DNA of 64,000 nt. It comes from Malacoraja senta. Its lineage: Eukaryota. The position numbers were made by a program, and so were the translations under genes. How positions within the stretch are numbered: position 1 is the stretch's first letter; each line of letters opens with the position of its first letter. Shown here piece by piece: positions 50,821-62,615 of this stretch. The DNA lies in assembly GCA_038087875.1 (NCBI GenBank), contig CM075993.1, positions 2,854,001 through 2,918,000 of the forward strand, in the 5' to 3' direction. The notes beneath the pieces were generated by a model. The model did no database searches. It had not been told where the DNA came from and saw only the letters and a program-made list of their open reading frames with translations.

Positions 50821-52048
50821 GTCACCTTTCCAAAGATGCATCCTTTAATCCGAGACAATGGCCATGGAAAGATGGGTGCGCTTTTTTAGTCCTTGGCTTC
50901 ATGCAATTGACCCCATGACAAATTGATAATGACATTTACACCTTGGAACTTAAAACTCGAAACCATCTCCTCTTCAAATCCTTTGAAGCCAATGTCGTGA
51001 TTAAAGGGAGCAATTGAACCAGTGATAGACACACAAAAGCTGGAGTAACTCAGCGGGACAGGCAGCATCTCTGCATAGAAGGAATGGGTGATGTTTTGGA
51101 TCGAGACCCTTCGTCAGACTGAAGAAGAGTCTCGACCCGAAAAAAAAAATCACCCATTCCTTCTATCCAGAGACGCTGCCTGTCCCGCTGAGTTACTCCA
51201 GCTTTTGTGTCTATCTTCGGTGTAAACCAGCATCTGCAGTTCCTTCCTACAATAATGAACCAGTGATGCAGACGCTGAGCTATCGGGTATCAAAAAAAAT
51301 GGATTTGCAATCCAAAAAAAAAGAGGAAATCTACGAGAAAATTTTATTCTAAAATAGTGATTTTTTTTTTTTTTTTTTTAATACAAAAAAATACACAAAG
51401 GATAGTTTGAGCTGCAGTTAATGGAATTATTTTCCATTAAAAATTCTTTGCCAAAGCAGAACTCAGAGCCTTGACATACTAAGTACAATGTTTGCTATCT
51501 TCACTCAAAGAAAGTGTTCGATGCATGTTTGACATTTTCCGTAGCCATATTAAACTTCAGTGCAATTATTTATATAGAAGCAACATATGATGAGGTGGAT
51601 TGATGCAATATCTCTTGCTGATGTGCACCATCATTAATTGCTTCACAGTTCAGCGGTGTGTATACTCTGTGGGTAAAACGAGGACTATATCATTAAAAAA
51701 AAAAAATTGCGTTTAGACTAAGTTCCCCAAAACAGCTAATGGTTCAAATTTGATAGTTCTGAAATGAATAGTTGGGAGAGGATAAGGCTGTCATGGTGGC
51801 GCAGTGGTAGAGTCGGTGCCTTACAGCGCTTACATTGCCAGAGACCCAGGTTCGATCCCGACTACGGGTGCTGTCTGTACGGAGTTTGCACGTTCTCCCC
51901 GTGACCTGCGTGCGTTTTCTCCGAGATCTTCAGATTCCTCCCACACTCCAAAGACGTGCCCACCCAATCTACCTGCGACTCCACCTTGAAGGAACCATGC
52001 ACCTGCACTCCTAGATGCCTCTGGTCTACAACACGCCACGGAGCCTCA

Positions 52049-52526
52049 AGGGGCTGTCCCACTTGGGCGACCTAATCCACGAGTTCTGACGAGTTTGCCC
52101 TCGACTCATACTCGCAGCATGGTCGCCACGAGGTCCTAGGAGGTCTTTGTAACTCTCCTTCGTGCTCGAGAGTAGTCCCCGCGTATTCGAGGCCTCAGCT
52201 AGGCAGCGGCGTATTTTTCAGCACGCTGAAAAATGCCCGTGAGTAATAAAAGGTCACCATGGAAAAAATCGATACTTTTTTTACTCGTAGGTTTAGTCGA
52301 AGTAGGTCGTAGTAGGTCGGCATGTTAGTCGTAGGTAGTCGAGGGTAATCGAAGGTAGTCGTAGATAGTCTTTATCATAGTCGAAGGTAGGTCGAAGGAG
52401 GACGTCTTCACTCTCCACTATTCGGTGTCCAATTTTCCCGAAGCTAGTCGAAGCTGGTCTTCAACGTGACACTTTTTCAAACTCTCCTAAACTCGCCAAT
52501 TAGGTCTCCGCAGTGGGACAGCCCCT
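52049..52526. mobile_element. Harbinger-type MITE family E
   Basis: TIR AGGGGCTGTCCCACT..GACCTAAT / ATTAGGTC..AGTGGGACAGCCCCT; internal GTAGTCG-like repeats; TSD not clean. Confidence 0.75.
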
Positions 52527-54312
52527 TTGGTGTAAATTGTCCCGTGAGTGTGAGTGTGAGTGTTAATGTATGGGGATCGCTGGTTGGTGTGGACTCGTTG
52601 GGCCGAGGGGCCTCTTTGCACGCTGTATCTCTGAACTAAAACTAAAGTAATATGGCAAAAAGATTTCTCAAATGATGCTTGGCCACAGGAAATATCTTTA
52701 GAAAAAAAATGGTGATTTTTCACCAAGTAAAAAAAAAATAGTACCTGCAGCTTACTTGGTTATTTAAATGGCCAATGTTCGCCCTCAATACCCACCCTTC
52801 CACCACCTTCCTCGCTATTTAATTTTTCTTTATTGCAGTGGCTGGATGAATTTTTCATCAGGAACTTATCTTCATGTTTGTTTAATGGGTTCCCAGGCAG
52901 GAATCCCCAGGGGTAGTCCATGCGCAACGGTTCATGGTAAACAGCTGACAGAACTAGTTCTACGTGTAAAGGAATTAACAGGCTGGATTCCCCCAACAAC
53001 CCCACCCCCCCCTCCTTTTCCTCTCAACTTTCCGCCCCCTACATCTCCTGCAACAGCGAAGGGCCGTAAAATCTGAGAAAGTGTCTGAATATCTACCATT
53101 CCTTGGGTGCATCAGGCTTGAGAGGATTGTGGACAGGACAGAGGTACACGACCAACTTTGGCCCACCTTTCAGTCTGAAGAAGGGTCTCGACACGAAACG
53201 TCAACTATTCCTTTTCACCAGAGATGCTGCCTGTCCCGCTGAGTTACTCCAGCACTCCGATTCTGTTCAAGAGAACTTTATGTTCACTAACGGAATGCGT
53301 TCTTTTTCAATTGAGAATCCATGGCCTAAAAGCAATATGCCAGTGGATTCAGCAGGAACATAATAAGGGAAGAGGACGTATACTTAGGAAAGAGACACTT
53401 AGAAAAAGGCGGGGGAGTTGAATGAATTAGAAGGCAGCAAAGTGATGGGTAGAAGATAGACACAAAAGCTGGAGTAAATCAGCGGGACAGGCAACAGGTC
53501 TGGAGAGAAGGAATGGCTGACTTCTCGGGTAGAGACCCTTCTTCAGACTCGACCCAAAACGTGACCCGTGCCTTCTCTCCAGAGATGCTGCCCGTCCCGC
53601 TGAGTTACTCCAACATTGTGCCTATCTTCGGTTCGAAGGAATGAATACGTTTATCGGCCCAAGTATTCACATACAAGGAATTTGCCTCGGTGCTCCGCCC
53701 GGAAGTGACAACACGACATACAGTGACAGTTAGGAATGACACATAAAACATTAAACATTAATAATAAAACATTACCGATTAAACATGCGAGAGAAATCCG
53801 GAACGATGTTTGGAGGTACCGAATGTCCGATGTTACCGAGTACCTCTCTCGTGAAAGTGATCTTTGTAAGGTTTTCACAGACGACACGAAACGAACAAAC
53901 AAACACGTACAAAACAGCAAGGAGCAGTACACCGTGGCAGCCATCGTGTCACCAGCAGCAGCAAGCGGACGTTAGCTGTTTATTAGCTGTTTGTTGGGTG
54001 AAAATGAACCAGCATCTGCAGTTCCTTCCGACACATTTTGTAACCAAGGTAAATAGCTTCAACCTGAACCCCTGTGGTGAATTCCATGTTCAAAGTGGAA
54101 ACTACTAAACTTCAACAGCCAGGAATTTTGTTAAACAGGCAGAAACCCTTTAGTTAGAGGTGTGTGGTCTGACAAAACGAGGAAATCTTTCGGCTCTATG
54201 GAGATGGACAAGTATTGGCAGTTTAGTTTAGTTTATAGATACAGTGTGGAAACAGGCCCTTCGGCCCACCGAGTCCTTACGTACCGACGATCACCCCATA
54301 CACTAGTTCTAC

Positions 54313-54563
54313 TGTAGTGAGACCAGGCAGATTGAGCAAAATTTTTTTTTATTGACAAAAACAAACAAACTCGTAAAACCGCGTACCTAGTCCAGCTAAC
54401 GTACACAGCTCCTGTCGATGGGGGGGGGGGGGGGGGGGAGCGCTAATAACTAATTAAAAGACCGCGAATGAACCCCCCCCCCCCCCCGCATTCACGTGAC
54501 AGTGACGACCAGTGCCGAGGGTTCCGACATCCCAGCCCCACCACTAGGTGCCGCTAAACTACC
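54313..54563 (-). mobile_element. Probable solo LTR inserted in a minus-strand SINE (54223-54740)
   Basis: Termini TGTAGT..ACTAC(C); minus-strand AATAAA ~35 nt before the end; imperfect CTAC/CAAC flanks. Confidence 0.5.
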
Positions 54564-55181
54564 CAACGCACGAGGGCAAATTTAGAGAGAGGCCAATTAA
54601 CCAACAAAACCTGCACGTCTTTGGAACGTGGGAGGAAACCGGAGAAAACCCACTCGGGTCACAGGGAGAACGTACTAACTCCACACAGACAGCACCCGGA
54701 GTAAGGATCGAACCCGGGTCTCTGGCATTGCGAGAGAGCTAGCGATATGGCAGATTTATTCGGCGAGTGTAAGCAGTCCAAGGAATCGTAAATTTGATCA
54801 CATCCGCATTGCAACCATTAGCTGCTCAGCAACGAGCATCAATTTTTACTTTAGTTTAGAGATACAGCGTGGAAACAGGCCCTTCGGCCCACCGGGTCAG
54901 CACCGACCAGCGGTCCCCACATATTAACACCATCCTACACGCATCAGGGACAATTTTACACGAATACCAAGCCAGTGAACCTACTGTCTCTGTAAGGCAG
55001 TAGATTCTAATGCTGCACCATTATTCTCCAGTGATGCTGCCTGGCCCGCTGAGTTGCTCCAACACTCTCTCCTTTTTCTTGACGCATTTAAATGTGAACT
55101 TGCACTTGATCTACGTGCAAGACCGCCTCAATACATCATCCCTGAACCGTGACAACAGCACTGATAGTATGAAAGAACACA

Positions 55182-55468
55182 AAGACCGCGCCTTTGCGGT
55201 TGCAGCTCCTAGACTGTGGAACAGCATCCCTCTTCCCATCAGAACTGCCCACTCCATCGACTCCTTTAAGTCGAGACTAAAAACTAATTTTTACTCTCAA
55301 GCCTTTCTTGACGTCCTCTGAGGGAGGGCTATATGTATGTATTTATGTATGTACGTAATCTATGAACCACTGTTGTATAACGTTGGTACCTCCACCAATG
55401 CAAAGCACTTTGGTCAACGAGAGTTGTGTTTTAAATGTGCTATAGAAATAAAAGTGACTTGACTTGAC
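55182..55468 (+). mobile_element. L2 LINE 3' end
   Basis: DRAFAVAAPRLWNSIPLPIR..SFKSRLKT..AF; tail AAATGTGCTATAGAAATAAAAG(TGACT)n. Confidence 0.85.
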
Positions 55469-56109
55469 AAAGTTAGCCATGTGTAGGAAGGAAGTGTAGA
55501 TGTTGGTTTACACCGAAGACAGACACAAAATGCTGGAGTAACTCAGCGGGACAGGCAGCGTCTCTGGAGAGAAGGAACGGGTGACGTTTCGGGTCGAGAC
55601 CCTTCTTCAGACTCGGACTTCTGACAAAACTGCAGTTTGCTGTTTCCACTGACAGGATGAGAAGTTCTTTTCAAGCTCGGTCAACCTTTGAATGAGATTT
55701 GTCTTCAGCCATTCTGGGAATGAGGAATCCCCTTCAAACATTCCGAGGAATGGTACAAAACATGGAACCACGAAACGGGACAACTCGGTCCGACTGGTCC
55801 ACGACTACCATCCATCACCCATTCGCACGTTATCCCACCTTTGCGAGCAGTCCCTACACACGAGGGCCAGACCCGCACGTCTGTGGGATGTGGGGGGGAA
55901 ACCAGAGCACCCGGAGGTAACCCACGCGGTCCCAGGGAGAACATGCAAACTCCACACAGACAGCACCGAAGGTCAGGATCGAACTCTGGCCTCTGGCGCC
56001 ACGAGGCAGCAGCTATACCAGCTCGCTTGTCACCTTTTCCTTCAAAACAGATGCAAACGGAAGGGAAGATAAAAACTGGCGATTTTATTTTTAGTGACGT
56101 TTCAAACAC

Positions 56110-56853
56110 AAGGGTGGCGCAGCGGTAGAGTCGCTACCTTCCGCAAGAGTCCCAGGTTCAATCCCGACTACGGGTGCTGTCTGTATGGAGTTTGCACGTT
56201 CTCCCCTTGACCTGCGTGGGTTTTCTCCGAGATCTTCGGTTTCCTCCCACACTCCAAAGACGTGCAGGTTTGTAGGTAAATTTGAGGAAGGACATTCTTG
56301 CTATTGAGGGAGTGCAGCGTAGGTTAATTCCCGGGATGGTGGGACTGTCATATGCTGAGAGAATGGAGCGGCTGGGCTTGTACACTCTGGAGTTTAGAAG
56401 GATGAGAGGGGATCTCATTGAAACATATAAGATTGTTAAGGGTTTGGACACGCTAGAGGCAGGAAACATGTTCCCGATGTTGGGGGAGTCGAGAACCAGG
56501 GGCCACACACAGTTTAAGAATAAGGAGTAAGCCATTTAGAACGGAGACGAGGAAACACTTTTCCTCGCAGAGAGTGGCGAGTCTGTGGAATTCTCTGCCT
56601 CAGAGGCCGGTGGAGGCCGGTTCTCTGGATGCTTTCAAGAGAGAGCTAGATAGGACTCTTAAAGACAGCGGAGTCAGGGGATATGGGGAGAAGGCAGGAA
56701 CGGGGTACTGATTGGGGATGATCAGCCATGATCACATTGAATGGCGGTGCTGGCTCGAAGAGCCGAATGGCCTACTCCTGCACCTATTGTCTATTGTCTA
56801 AATTCACTGGTGGGCCGAAGGGCCTGTTCCCACGATGTTTCTCTAAACTAAAC
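56110..56853 (+). mobile_element. HE1-like SINE interrupted by a young CR1 3' end (~56278-56800)
   Basis: TAAATT on both sides; RKDILAIEGVQRR..SRTRGH. Confidence 0.85.
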
Positions 56854-57264
56854 TTAATTAAACAGCCCACATGAATGAAAGCTGCCACCCAACTCTGTGG
56901 AGTGTAAGATGGACACACAATGCTGGAGTAACTCAGCATCTCTGGGGCAAAGGAATGGGTGATGTTTCGGGTCGAGACTCTTTTCTTCAGGCTGTAAGTG
57001 TAAGATCAGACCTGGTACCTCCTGCTTTATCTCAGCTGAATACCACACTTTGCTCAGCTGCCACAGATCACACGTCAAGATAAAATTTGAAAATTTGTCA
57101 CCGTGTCTAAACTAATTCACCCATCAATTTTTCAGTGCAACGCGTCTGCTGACCCGAAGGATTCTGCATCTAATCCTGCCTGTCATCATGTCAACAACTT
57201 TTCACTCAGAATATCCTTCACCTGCAAATCGACACGCGCTTTATTTAGTGCGGTGGTACAAAAT

Positions 57265-57755
57265 GTGCCGGCTCTGGAGAGGGTCCTGAGGAGCATTACA
57301 AGGACGATTCCAGGAACGAGGGGGTCAGCATATGATGAGCACTCGTCAGCACTGGGCTGGAGTGTAGAAGGTTGAGGGGGGACCTCATATTGAAACTGAC
57401 ACAATTATGAAAGGCATGGACAGAGTGGACGTGGGGAGGATGTTTCCACTGGTGGGAGAGTGTGGGACCAGAGGTCACAGCCTCAGACTTAAAGGGCGCA
57501 CTTTTAGAACGGAGGTGAGGAGGAACTTCTTTATTCAGATGGTAATTAATCTGCGGAACTCATTGCCACAGAGGGCTGTGGAGGCCAAGTCAGTGGATAT
57601 TTTTAAGGCCGAGATCGGCAAATTCTATTTGGAACGGGTGTCAAGGGTTATGGGGAGAAGGCAGGAAAATGGGGTTGGGAGGCAGAGATCAGCCATGGCT
57701 GAATGGTGGAATAGACTCAATGGGCCGAATGGCCTAATTCTGCTCCTATAACTTG
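57265..57755 (+). mobile_element. Older CR1 3' end
   Basis: MKGMDRVDVGRMFPLVGECGTRGHSLRLKGRTFRTEVRRNFF. Confidence 0.85.
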
Positions 57756-58683
57756 TGAATTCCCATCTGGGCTGGGAGAGAATTCAAAGCAATCGTCCTA
57801 AATTATACATGTGTGCAGGAAAGAACTGCAGATGCTGGTTTAAATCGAAGATAAGACACAAAACGCTGGAGCAGCTCAGCGGGACAGGCGGCATCTGCGG
57901 AGAGAAGGGATGGGTTCATTTCTCCCCAGAGATGCTGCCTGTCCCGCTGAGTTACTCCAGCACTACCTTCCGTAATTATACTGCAGTGGAACTCAGAAGT
58001 ATGGAATTCTCTCTTGGTTTTAGCCAGCAGGCCAGTTGCAGAAACATATCTCCTGATTTATTCTCAGACACAGGGAGCCTTGGTCATCAGCATTTGCATT
58101 AACTGATGCATATATTGAATCTACGTGCTTTTAAGAACTGTAAACATCGTCTCCACAAAGACCAGAGGGGGGTTAATGAATTCTGTAAACCGCAAATTAA
58201 TATTTCTTGGTAATAAAAATGCTTGTAGTATCGGTCCATTAGTCGGCCTATAAAATATCTCACTTTAACATGCATCCTCGCTTGTACCACAAATTATGGC
58301 TTGTGATAATAACATTCATCCTTTTATGGTCTGGATTAACATTTTCTCCCGTTGTATCCTTTCTTTCGATTCCTAATTGGGCAGAAGAGAGCCCAAAATT
58401 CACCTGAAAACGGAGGGCGCAAAGTTTCGTGCTGCGAGGTTAGAGGACGAACTCATTCTAACAAGAGGAAATCGTAAGTGCCGGAGATGCGATTGTTTTC
58501 CGGATCGTATCTCCGGTCGCTCTGCGGCCTAACATCATGGAGCTGGAGGCCTCGCTCGGGACTGACTTTGAGCCCCACCGCGGGGCCGTGGACCTGCCAT
58601 CGGGGCCGATTCCTTGCCTGGGATCCACGCTCCAACCGCGGCCTGCGGATTTTACCATCAAGGGCTCGCAGTCTCGGGAGAGA

Positions 58684-58814
58684 CTCTTCTTCTTGCGTAT
58701 GGCGTGCACAGCCTAAAGTTGTAGGACAACGTGATCTTATTTGACTGTGCATGCCGGGTTGATTGCATTCGTCGAAACAGGGCGGACCACGTGAAGGTTG
58801 CAATCTCCCACCCC
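58684..58814 (-). mobile_element. 131-bp retroelement with intact 5' HDV-like ribozyme and GAA tail (possibly Vingi/Ingi- or RTE-mobilised)
   Basis: 10-bp TSD TCGGGAGAGA at 58674-58683 and 58815-58824; second copy at 13900. Confidence 0.88.
58761..58814 (-). ncRNA. Predicted minimal HDV/CPEB3-like self-cleaving ribozyme, 54 nt
   Basis: GGGGUGG GA GAUUGCA ACC UUCACGU GGU CCGCCCU GU UUCGA CGAA UGCAAUC: P1, P2 and P3 fully paired; G1-U wobble; J4/2 CGAA. Confidence 0.85.
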
Positions 58815-59311
58815 TCGGGAGAGAGCGAGTCGGGGAGTTCCGGTAGCCACACAACCAGTCCCAACCCGGGGTCAGATCGCCAGGCGCGGGGAAGCTGAGA
58901 TCTCCCCCCCCCCCCCATGCAGGAACTTGATCGCCCCAACAACGAGGCCCACCGCCAGCTAGGGGAGTAAGATCGTCCCGTCAACTGAAGGCTCGAGGCC
59001 CCCGACCGCGGGAGAACAAAGAAGGGAAGAGATTGAACTTTTTTTTTTCCGCCTTCCATCACAGTGAGGGATGTGGAGGAGTCACTGTGGTGGATGTTTA
59101 TGTCAAAATGTATTTTTTGTGTGTTTTGTTGCTTTTTGTTTGTATGACTGACTCGGCAAATGAAATTCCTCGTATGTTGCAAAACATACTTGGCAAACAA
59201 AGTATTATTGGGATTGTGTTGCTATCTCAGTGAGTAACAAGTTGACCAGGGAAGGGCTTGATCCAACAGTCAGTAGATTCTGCAACTTCAAGCAACCCTT
59301 GCTTTCCCTCT

Positions 59312-59400
59312 GAGGAAGGGTTTCGGCCCGAAACGTTGCCTATTTCCTTCGCTCCATAGATGCTGCTGCACCCGCTGAGTTTCTCCAGCTTTTTTGTGTA
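59312..59400 (+). mobile_element. PLE hammerhead insert inside another PLE 3' UTR
   Basis: 15-bp TSD CCTTGCTTTCCCTCT; core CTGAGGA..GAAACGTT. Confidence 0.8.
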
Positions 59401-60027
59401 CCTTGCTTTCCCTCTCTCTCTGTCCCACCCCCACCCTAGTTCTCCTAGTTTCACTGCCCTCCTGAACTTCTTCTCTCATGTCCATCTTCCACGTTTCAAA
59501 CGTTGACCTCGCTGTCAGCGTCCGTCCTGAAAAGGACCCAAGCCTCTGGCGACAATCAGTGGGAGCCATCACTTGCCGCAATAGATAATGGTGGTAGCAG
59601 AATTAGCTCGGGATACTTCCAGTTTCCAGCCCCGCCACGTGGAACCTCCTGATTAATCTTACAGTTTGTACGCCTCGTGGTCACCTTCCCCTCATCCAAC
59701 AATGAACCATTGCACTGAAGATAGGTCACCCGTTCCTTGTCTCCAGAGATGCCGCCTGTCCCGCTGAGTTGCTCCAGCATTTTGTGTCTATCTTTGGAAT
59801 ATACAGTTGTAATCGTCCATGAATAAAAGAGTGTTCCTTCTTGTTCTGTGTTCTCAGCATGAGAAGTTAAGTCAAGATGTTAAGTTCGGGGATACGTACA
59901 TCCTAGTTTAGAGATACATCTTGTGAAAAAGTACACCAACTGTTATCAGGCAACTGAATCATCCCATCAACAACTAGAGAGAGGTCCTGAGCTACTATCT
60001 ACCTACCTCACTGGAGACCCTCTGACT

Positions 60028-60228
60028 CAAGGGTTTCCAACCCGAGGTAAATTTCACCTACCCAGGGGGTATGTGTTGATTCTGGATTTGTACATATCTT
60101 TTCTCATTGACTGACTGTGTTTGGTTCTGGTATCTGTTCACCATTAGATGTTCATAAATAAGTGAACATTGTTACGTGCTATTAAAGTTGCCGGGGGTAA
60201 ACGGGATGAAAAAGGTTGGGAACCCCTC
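60028..60228. mobile_element. hAT (Charlie-like) MITE
   Basis: TIR CAAGGGTTTCCAACC / GGTTGGGAACCCCT; TSD degenerate. Confidence 0.65.
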
Positions 60229-60313
60229 CGCCAACTATCTTTAATGGGACTTCACCAGACATTATCTTGCACTAAATGTTATTCCCTTTAGCAAGTATCT
60301 GTACACTGTGGAT

Positions 60314-60714
60314 CAAAGATCCTATAGCGGAGCAAGATAGACCACTCCTGCTGAATGCAATGGGCTGACGTGTAGTACGCAACGGAACGGAACGTGGACC
60401 TGTTTTTCCATCCATTTCCGCAACACGACCCGACCCGCAGTGTAATCAACGTTGCGGGGGAACAGTTTCTGTTAATAAATTATAATTCTGAAAATGAGAA
60501 GATTTTTACCAAATAACTTTTATTTTTACGAGGATGTTTCCGTAACCGGCTTCCGTCTCCACACTAGTTATCTTTGCTCCGCTACGACGGCATCTTTGGT
60601 GCGGAGACGGAAGCCGCTTACGGAAATGGGGCCGAAAATTACCCATGAATCTGCCCGTGACCATACTACGTCTTTTTCGTCGAGTGGACGATCTTGCTCG
60701 CGATAGGATCTTTG
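60314..60714. mobile_element. MITE with 8-bp TSD (hAT- or P-like)
   Basis: ~33-bp imperfect TIR CAAAGATCCTAT..GAGCAAGAT..CCACTC; perfect TSD CTGTGGAT at 60306-60313 and 60715-60722. Confidence 0.88.
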
Positions 60715-61452
60715 CTGTGGATGGCTCGATTGTAATCCCTTGTCTTTCCGCTGACTGATTGGCACGCAACAAAAGCTTTTCAACGAAACGTCACCCGTTC
60801 CATCTCTCCAGAGATGCCGCCTGTCCGGCTGAGTTACTCCAGCATTGTGCATCGACCTTCAGTGTAAAACCTGCATCTGCAGTTCCTTCCTACACAAAGG
60901 AGCCTGTGGCTCTATTTATTGCTGAAGATCAGGGGGTACTCTGACCACCATTTAGCTTTTAATCTCCATTATCATGCTCATTATCGCAGTCCAATTTGTT
61001 GACTCCTTGCTGCTGCATTTGCCGTGTGACAACAGTGGTCATGTACTTTGGCAGCAGGCACCCAAGACTACGATAGAGATGCAAAACCCGCAGTGTGCCC
61101 TTTTCATTAGACGGAATGCTTAAAGGATGCAACCGTCTGCCTAGTTTTTAATTTATTTTAGAGATACAGCGGAGAAACAGGTCCTTCGGCCCACCGACTC
61201 CGCACCGACCAGCGATGCCTGACCCGCTGAGTTACTCCAGCCCTTTGTGTCCTTCAAGGTAAAGATGAATATGGGTTAAACATGGGGAAATGGGACTGGC
61301 ATGGATGGGTATCTTGGTTGGCACAGACAAGTTGGGCAGAAGGGCTTGTGTCCATGCTGTTTGGACATGCTTGAAGTTGCCGACAGTGTTCAGCACCAGC
61401 ACCATGGACAGCTCCACAAAGGAACAAGGGATTGTATCACCAATCTTTTAGC

Positions 61453-61733
61453 TTAGTTTAGAGATAGGTACAAGGCAGAAACAGGCCCTTCGGCCCACCG
61501 AGTCCGTGCCAACCAGCGATCCCCGCACACTAACACTATCCTCCATACAACAAGCCAATTAACCTGCAAACCTGTGCGTCTTTGGAGTGTGGGAGGAAAG
61601 CGAAGATTTCGGAGAAAACCCACGCGGGTCACGGGGAGAACGTGCAAACTCCGTACAGACAGCACCCGTAGTCGGGTTCGAACGCGGGTCTCTGGCGCTG
61701 TAAGGCAGCAACTCTACCGCTACGCCACCGTGC
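61453..61733 (-). mobile_element. HE1-like SINE
   Basis: Reverse complement of consensus. Confidence 0.85.
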
Positions 61734-62144
61734 CATGGTTGTTCAAAGAGCCACATTGAAGATAGACACAGAAAATGCTGGAGTAACTCAGCGGAGCCAG
61801 GCAGCATCTCTGGAGAGAAGGAACGGGTGACGTTTTGAGTTGAGATCCTTCTTCAGACCGACTGATGTGGAAGGAATCGAGCACAATTGCAGAACTCGTC
61901 CTTATTCCCAGTTTTATGATCCAGTACAATTAAATTCTATGAATTAAAAAGCTTGCACGTCAGTGTGGATAAACAGTGATGTCGCAGAAGATTCATTGTC
62001 AAAGTGCCAGGGACGTTGTCAAGACAACATGCTCTGCTTTTAGCGTAGGAAGGAACTGCAGATGCTGGTTTACACCGAAAATAGACACAAAATGCTGGAG
62101 TAATTAATGAGGAAAAATATTCTGAGGAAAACCTATGAGAAACA

Positions 62145-62615
62145 TTTACGAGGATGTTGCCAGAACTAGAGGGTGTGAGCTACAGGGAGAGGTTGAGCAG
62201 GCTGGGTCTCGATTCCCTGGAGCGCAGGAGGATGAGGGGTGATCTTATAGAGGTGTACAAAATCAGGAGAGGAATAGATCGGGTAGACGCACAGAGGCTC
62301 TTGCCCGGAGTAGGGGAATCGAGGACCAGAGGACACAGGTTTTAGGTGAAGGGGAAAAGATTTAATAGGAATCTGAGGGTTAACTTTTTCACACAAAGGG
62401 TGGTGGGTGTATGGAACAAGCTGCCAGAGGAGGTAGTTGAGGCTGGGACTATTCCAACAGTTAAGAAACAGTTAGACAGGTACATGGATAGGACGGGTTT
62501 GGAGGGATATGGACCAAACGCAGGCAGGTGGGACTAGTGTAGCTGGGATATGTTGGCCGGTGTGGGCAAGTTGGGCCGAAGGGCCCGTTTCCTCACTGTG
62601 CCACTGTATGACTCT
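62145..62615 (+). mobile_element. CR1 3' end (second subfamily)
   Basis: MLPELEGVSYRERLSRLGLDSLERRRMRGDLIEVYKI..FFTQRVVGVWNKLP. Confidence 0.9.

Larger units (their letters stand above)
58410..59205 (+). mobile_element. GC-rich non-autonomous retroelement hosting the ribozyme element
   Basis: Similar to 48245-48460 and to the 3' part of 3790-4590. Confidence 0.5.
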
